Part shown: positions 60,373 through 64,000 of the stretch, piece by piece
Layout of the letters: every line of letters begins with the position of its first letter
How positions within the stretch are numbered: position 1 is the first letter of the stretch
Origin: an uncultured Acidobacteriota bacterium
GTDB taxonomy: Bacteria > Acidobacteriota > UBA6911
Direction: 5' to 3'
Assembly (NCBI GenBank): GCA_963809485.1
Contig: CAWEJX010000004.1
Coordinates: 32,001-96,000, forward strand
DNA: 64,000 nt
The notes under the pieces: model-generated
The model's input: only the letters and a program-made list of their open reading frames with translations
Databases searched by the model: none
What the model was told of the DNA's origin: nothing
Made by a program: the position numbers and the translations under genes

Positions 60373-61089
60373 ATGAATCCTGTAAATCATCTGGCGGTGA
60401 TAATGGATGGAAACGGCCGTTGGGCCGAACAGAGGGGCCTGCCGCGATGGAAAGGTCACGAAATGGGAGTGGTTGCCATCAGGCGGCTTTCGGAGGCGGC
60501 ACGCAAGCGGGGAATCCCCGTAGTGACTGTTTTTGCCTTCTCAAGCGAGAACTGGAAGCGGCCCGAGGAAGAAGTGCGCATTCTCTTCGAGCTTTTTCGG
60601 CGCTACCTCCGGGAGGAGATGGAAAACCTGCTGCGAAACGGTATCCGCATCTCCGCCGTCGGGAGGCGCGACCGCCTTCCCGAGGCTGTACGCGAAGCTC
60701 TTTCTGCCGCGGAGGAGGCGACAAAAAACTGCAAGCGGCTTCATCTGCGCATCGCCCTGGACTACGGATCGCGGCACGAAATAACCGAGGCTGCGCGCTC
60801 GATTGCCCGCGATGTGGCGCAAAGAAAACTGCGGCCGGAAGAAATAACGGAAGATTTTTTTTCCAGAAGCCTCACTTCCGAAAGCCTTGCGGATCCCGAT
60901 CTCATTATACGGACGGCCGGCGAGCAACGCCTCTCAAATTTCCTTCTGTGGCAGGCGGCGTACTCCGAGCTCTACTTTTGCGCCAAGATGTGGCCTGATT
61001 TCGGGGAATCCGACCTGGATGAAGTGCTCGCGGACTTCAGCTCGCGAACACGCAAGTTTGGCGCCCTTGCAGGAGGGAGTGCCCGATGA
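60373..61089 (+). CDS. uppS: cis-prenyltransferase (undecaprenyl-diphosphate synthase family)
   Basis: HLAVIMDGNGRWA, FAFSSENWKRP, DYGSR, IIRTAGEQRLSNFLLWQ, WPDF, RKFG. Confidence 0.92.
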   Translation: MNPVNHLAVIMDGNGRWAEQRGLPRWKGHEMGVVAIRRLSEAARKRGIPVVTVFAFSSENWKRPEEEVRILFELFRRYLREEMENLLRNGIRISAVGRRDRLPEAVREALSAAEEATKNCKRLHLRIALDYGSRHEITEAARSIARDVAQRKLRPEEITEDFFSRSLTSESLADPDLIIRTAGEQRLSNFLLWQAAYSELYFCAKMWPDFGESDLDEVLADFSSRTRKFGALAGGSAR

Positions 61090-62510
61090 AGGTTAAAATG
61101 ATTCTACCTGCTCTGACCGAAGCCAAAGGCCCATTTTGGCGCCCGATCAAATACAGCCTTTTTCCTCCGCTGGGACTCGCCACACTGGCCGGCTACCTAA
61201 ACCCCGAGGACGAGGTCTCGATTCACGACGAACATGTGGAGAGCATTTGCACGGAGGACCATCCGGATCTGGTCGTCATTCAGGTTTACATCACCTCGGC
61301 CTATCGTTCCTACCAAATTGCCGACAGCTATCGCCGCAGAGGAATCTATGTCTGCCTGGGCGGGCTGCACGTGACCTCGCTTCCAGGGGAGGCTGCAGCA
61401 CATGCCGACAGCATCTTCCTCGGCCCCGGTGAGGATACCTGGCCTGCCTTCCTGGCCGACTACAAGGCGGGCGCGCCGCAGAAGGTTTACCGCTCCACCC
61501 GGCGCAGTCTGATCAACGCGCCGAGTCCGCGCCGCGACCTGATCCAGCGCTCTCTTTACCTTGTGCCCAACTCGATTGTGGTCTCGCGCGGATGCCCTCA
61601 TCAGTGCGATTTCTGCTACAAGACCTCTTTCTTCGGGTCCGGCCGCTCCTTCTATACCCAAACGGTCGACCGTGCCCTGGCTGAGATTGAGAGTCTGCCC
61701 GGCCGGCACCTGTATTTTCTGGACGACAATCTGTTCGGGAGCCGGCAATTCGCCCGCCAGCTGTTCGACGGCATGCGCGGCATGGGCCGCATTTGGCAGG
61801 CCGGCGGAACGGTCGACGCGGTCCTGGCCCCCGGGCTGATCGAGCGGGCTGAGCGCTGCGGGCTGCGCAGCCTGTTCGTCGGCTTCGAGACCCTGAATCC
61901 GGACAACCTCAAAGAGCAGGGCAAATTTCACAACCTCAGGGACTACGGGGAAGCCGTGCGCCGGCTGCACGGTCTGGGAGTAATGATTAACGCCAGCTTT
62001 GTTTTCGGGATGGACGGGGACGACCCGGGAGTCTTCGAGCGCACGGTGGAATGGGCCGTCGATCAGGGAATAGAGACCGCCACTTTTCACATCCTGACAC
62101 CGTATCCCGACACGCCGCTCTTTGAGCGCATGCAGTCAGGCGGGCGGATAACCAGCTTTGACTGGAACCGCTACGACACGCGGCATGCGGTGTTCACGCC
62201 GCGGCGGATGTCGGCCGGAGAACTGGAAGCCGGCTACCGCCGGGCCTACCGGGAGTTCTATTCCTGGTCCAACATCCTGCGCTCCACAGCCCGCCAGGAA
62301 GGCCTTATGGGCGAACTGCGTCATTTCGCTTACAAGACTGCCTGGAAGAAGTTCGAGCCTTTCTGGGATGCGGTAATCCGCCTGAAGCGCCTCTCCAACT
62401 TCACGCCCATGCTGGAATCGCTGCTCTCCAGCCGGCCCGCGCCGGCGGCGGAAAATATGGGGGAAAATATGGGGTCGGATCACGTTTATTTGCGGGATAA
62501 TTACACTTAG
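61086..62510 (+). CDS. B12-binding domain radical SAM protein
   Basis: PPLGLATLA, GGLHVT, SRGCPHQCDFC, DDN, VGFE, FVFGMDGD, TPYPDT. ATGA overlap with uppS. Confidence 0.92.
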   Translation: MKVKMILPALTEAKGPFWRPIKYSLFPPLGLATLAGYLNPEDEVSIHDEHVESICTEDHPDLVVIQVYITSAYRSYQIADSYRRRGIYVCLGGLHVTSLPGEAAAHADSIFLGPGEDTWPAFLADYKAGAPQKVYRSTRRSLINAPSPRRDLIQRSLYLVPNSIVVSRGCPHQCDFCYKTSFFGSGRSFYTQTVDRALAEIESLPGRHLYFLDDNLFGSRQFARQLFDGMRGMGRIWQAGGTVDAVLAPGLIERAERCGLRSLFVGFETLNPDNLKEQGKFHNLRDYGEAVRRLHGLGVMINASFVFGMDGDDPGVFERTVEWAVDQGIETATFHILTPYPDTPLFERMQSGGRITSFDWNRYDTRHAVFTPRRMSAGELEAGYRRAYREFYSWSNILRSTARQEGLMGELRHFAYKTAWKKFEPFWDAVIRLKRLSNFTPMLESLLSSRPAPAAENMGENMGSDHVYLRDNYT

Positions 62511-62851
62511 GTCGTCCCAGACATCACATTCAGGATGCTGCAGCCCTTGTGTGAGACAATTCCTGCATGCAGCACTTCGCCAAATAGCCTTATCAACCGC
62601 TTGCCCTAAATGCAGCGGGGCCGGCTGATGCACGGACGCCGATGACACGATTTCATGAGCTGGATGCGAGCATCGATTTTGAGATAGGTTTATTCTTCGC
62701 CACTTTCCTCTTGTCCCCCGTAGCGGAAATGCATATAAATGAAAGGCTGGCTATTATTTCGGAACCGTGCAAGGGGAGGGACCAGAGGCCCTTTGCAGCA
62801 TTTCAGAGGCAGGGTGTAAAGCCCGATAAAATCCAATCGGAGAATAATTCC

Positions 62852-63703
62852 ATGGAAATCAGATTAAGTGCAAGCGGTCAAAACTCACTATCCACAAAAG
62901 TCTGTTTCAGCGATGAGAACGGATTTGAGGTCGCATCCACGATCGTCATGGGGAAAAAGGACGCAATTCTCATAGACGCGCAGTGGACGTTGTCCAACGC
63001 CTACCGCGTCATCACCGAAATCCTGGAAACAGGCAAGAACCTCACGGCTATTTATCTTTCGCACGCGCACCCGGATCATTATTTTGGAGCCGGCGTCATC
63101 GCGCAGGCTTTCCCCAAAGCCCGCGTCGTGGCGATACCCTCCGAAGCCGACATCATGAACAAGCAGTTCTTCGGCAAGATCGAGCATTGGGAAGGCATTA
63201 TCGGATCCCACAACGTTTGCCGGGTCTCCGCAAAAATCGAGCCCCTGAAAGAAAACCGCCTCGAACTGGAAGGACAACCGCTCGAGATCATGACCAAGGT
63301 CATGGGGGATATGCGGTACAACACTATGGTGTGGATCCCGTCGATCAAGACCCTGGTTGCCAGCGACGTGCTCTTCAATCAGGCGCACCCGTTCACCTGC
63401 GAGCTCACGAAGGAAGAACGCGCGCAGTGGATCGCCGATGTCGACAAGATCGAAAAGATGGGCGCCGAGGTGATTATTCCCGGCCATCAAAAGCCCGGGA
63501 TGCAGTTCGACAAGAGCTCTCTCGACTTCACACGGGAATACATCGTCGCCACCGAAGAGGAGCTGGTAAAACAGGACACGGTTGCCGGCTTCTACTTTGC
63601 CATGGCGGACCGCTTCCCGCAGGCGAATCTCGTCCGTCTCAGCAACGGAATGAACGCCGCGGTATTCAAGGGCGGGCTGGATTGGAACTGGCGCGAAATT
63701 TAA
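62852..63703 (+). CDS. MBL-fold metallo-hydrolase
   Basis: ILIDAQ, SHAHPDHYFG, ASDV, IPGH. Confidence 0.88.
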   Translation: MEIRLSASGQNSLSTKVCFSDENGFEVASTIVMGKKDAILIDAQWTLSNAYRVITEILETGKNLTAIYLSHAHPDHYFGAGVIAQAFPKARVVAIPSEADIMNKQFFGKIEHWEGIIGSHNVCRVSAKIEPLKENRLELEGQPLEIMTKVMGDMRYNTMVWIPSIKTLVASDVLFNQAHPFTCELTKEERAQWIADVDKIEKMGAEVIIPGHQKPGMQFDKSSLDFTREYIVATEEELVKQDTVAGFYFAMADRFPQANLVRLSNGMNAAVFKGGLDWNWREI

Positions 63704-64000
63704 TAAGCGGCTATTGACCGCTACGGACCGTTGAGTCCCGCATTCCCCAATGCGGGGCTCAACTTCCGAGCATACGACACTCCCTGCAGCAAACAGCCAT
63801 GCGGAACCTCCAGAAACTATGGCGGCAAGAGATCCGCACCGGACAGGTCTCTTTCTCCACCCCAGTTTTTAGCGGACGCAAAGCGTAGCCTCGATATCAG
63901 CGCAGCACCCTGCGCGACCATCAACCACAAAATTATCGGGAAGATTTTTCCATGAAAACCAGGTTCAGCTCACTGTCGCGCCGTATTCGGGCTGCAACGG

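Noticed and set aside
63952-64000. ORF starting MKTRFSSLSRR at the window edge
   Set aside because: Too short to assign.

Overview
64 kb of GC-rich bacterial chromosome, probably from an anaerobic or facultative member of Acidobacteriota (inferred from Oar-type TonB-dependent receptors, a bactofilin/methyltransferase pair and a stand-alone STAS protein). No rRNA, tRNA, CRISPR array or prophage was seen. Content: a gdhA / PPDK-like / Zn-ribbon / second GDH cluster, two B12-radical SAM genes, a tandem array of TonB-dependent receptors (two full length, one internally deleted), class II photolyase, CoA-transferase, sugar epimerases, a receiver-MetF-MetV fusion, a UroD-family protein, Tat-exported Fe-SOD, a hybrid kinase, MFS and Nramp-like transporters, class I fumarase, HtrA and an HTH-uppS-radical SAM operon. 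Signals the ORF track misses: (1) two signal-peptide-bearing UGSC-family selenoproteins, each with an in-frame TGA in a UxxC motif followed by a bacterial SECIS-like hairpin; (2) non-autonomous IS200/IS605-like elements with variable palindromic cargo, including a 39-nt copy inserted without target duplication into a kdgK remnant; (3) a conserved, structured ~350-nt leader in front of both full receptor genes; (4) a duplicated 19-bp palindromic operator in the uppS/radical SAM locus. Many genes carry clustered single-base frameshifts that look like long-read assembly errors rather than real pseudogenes.
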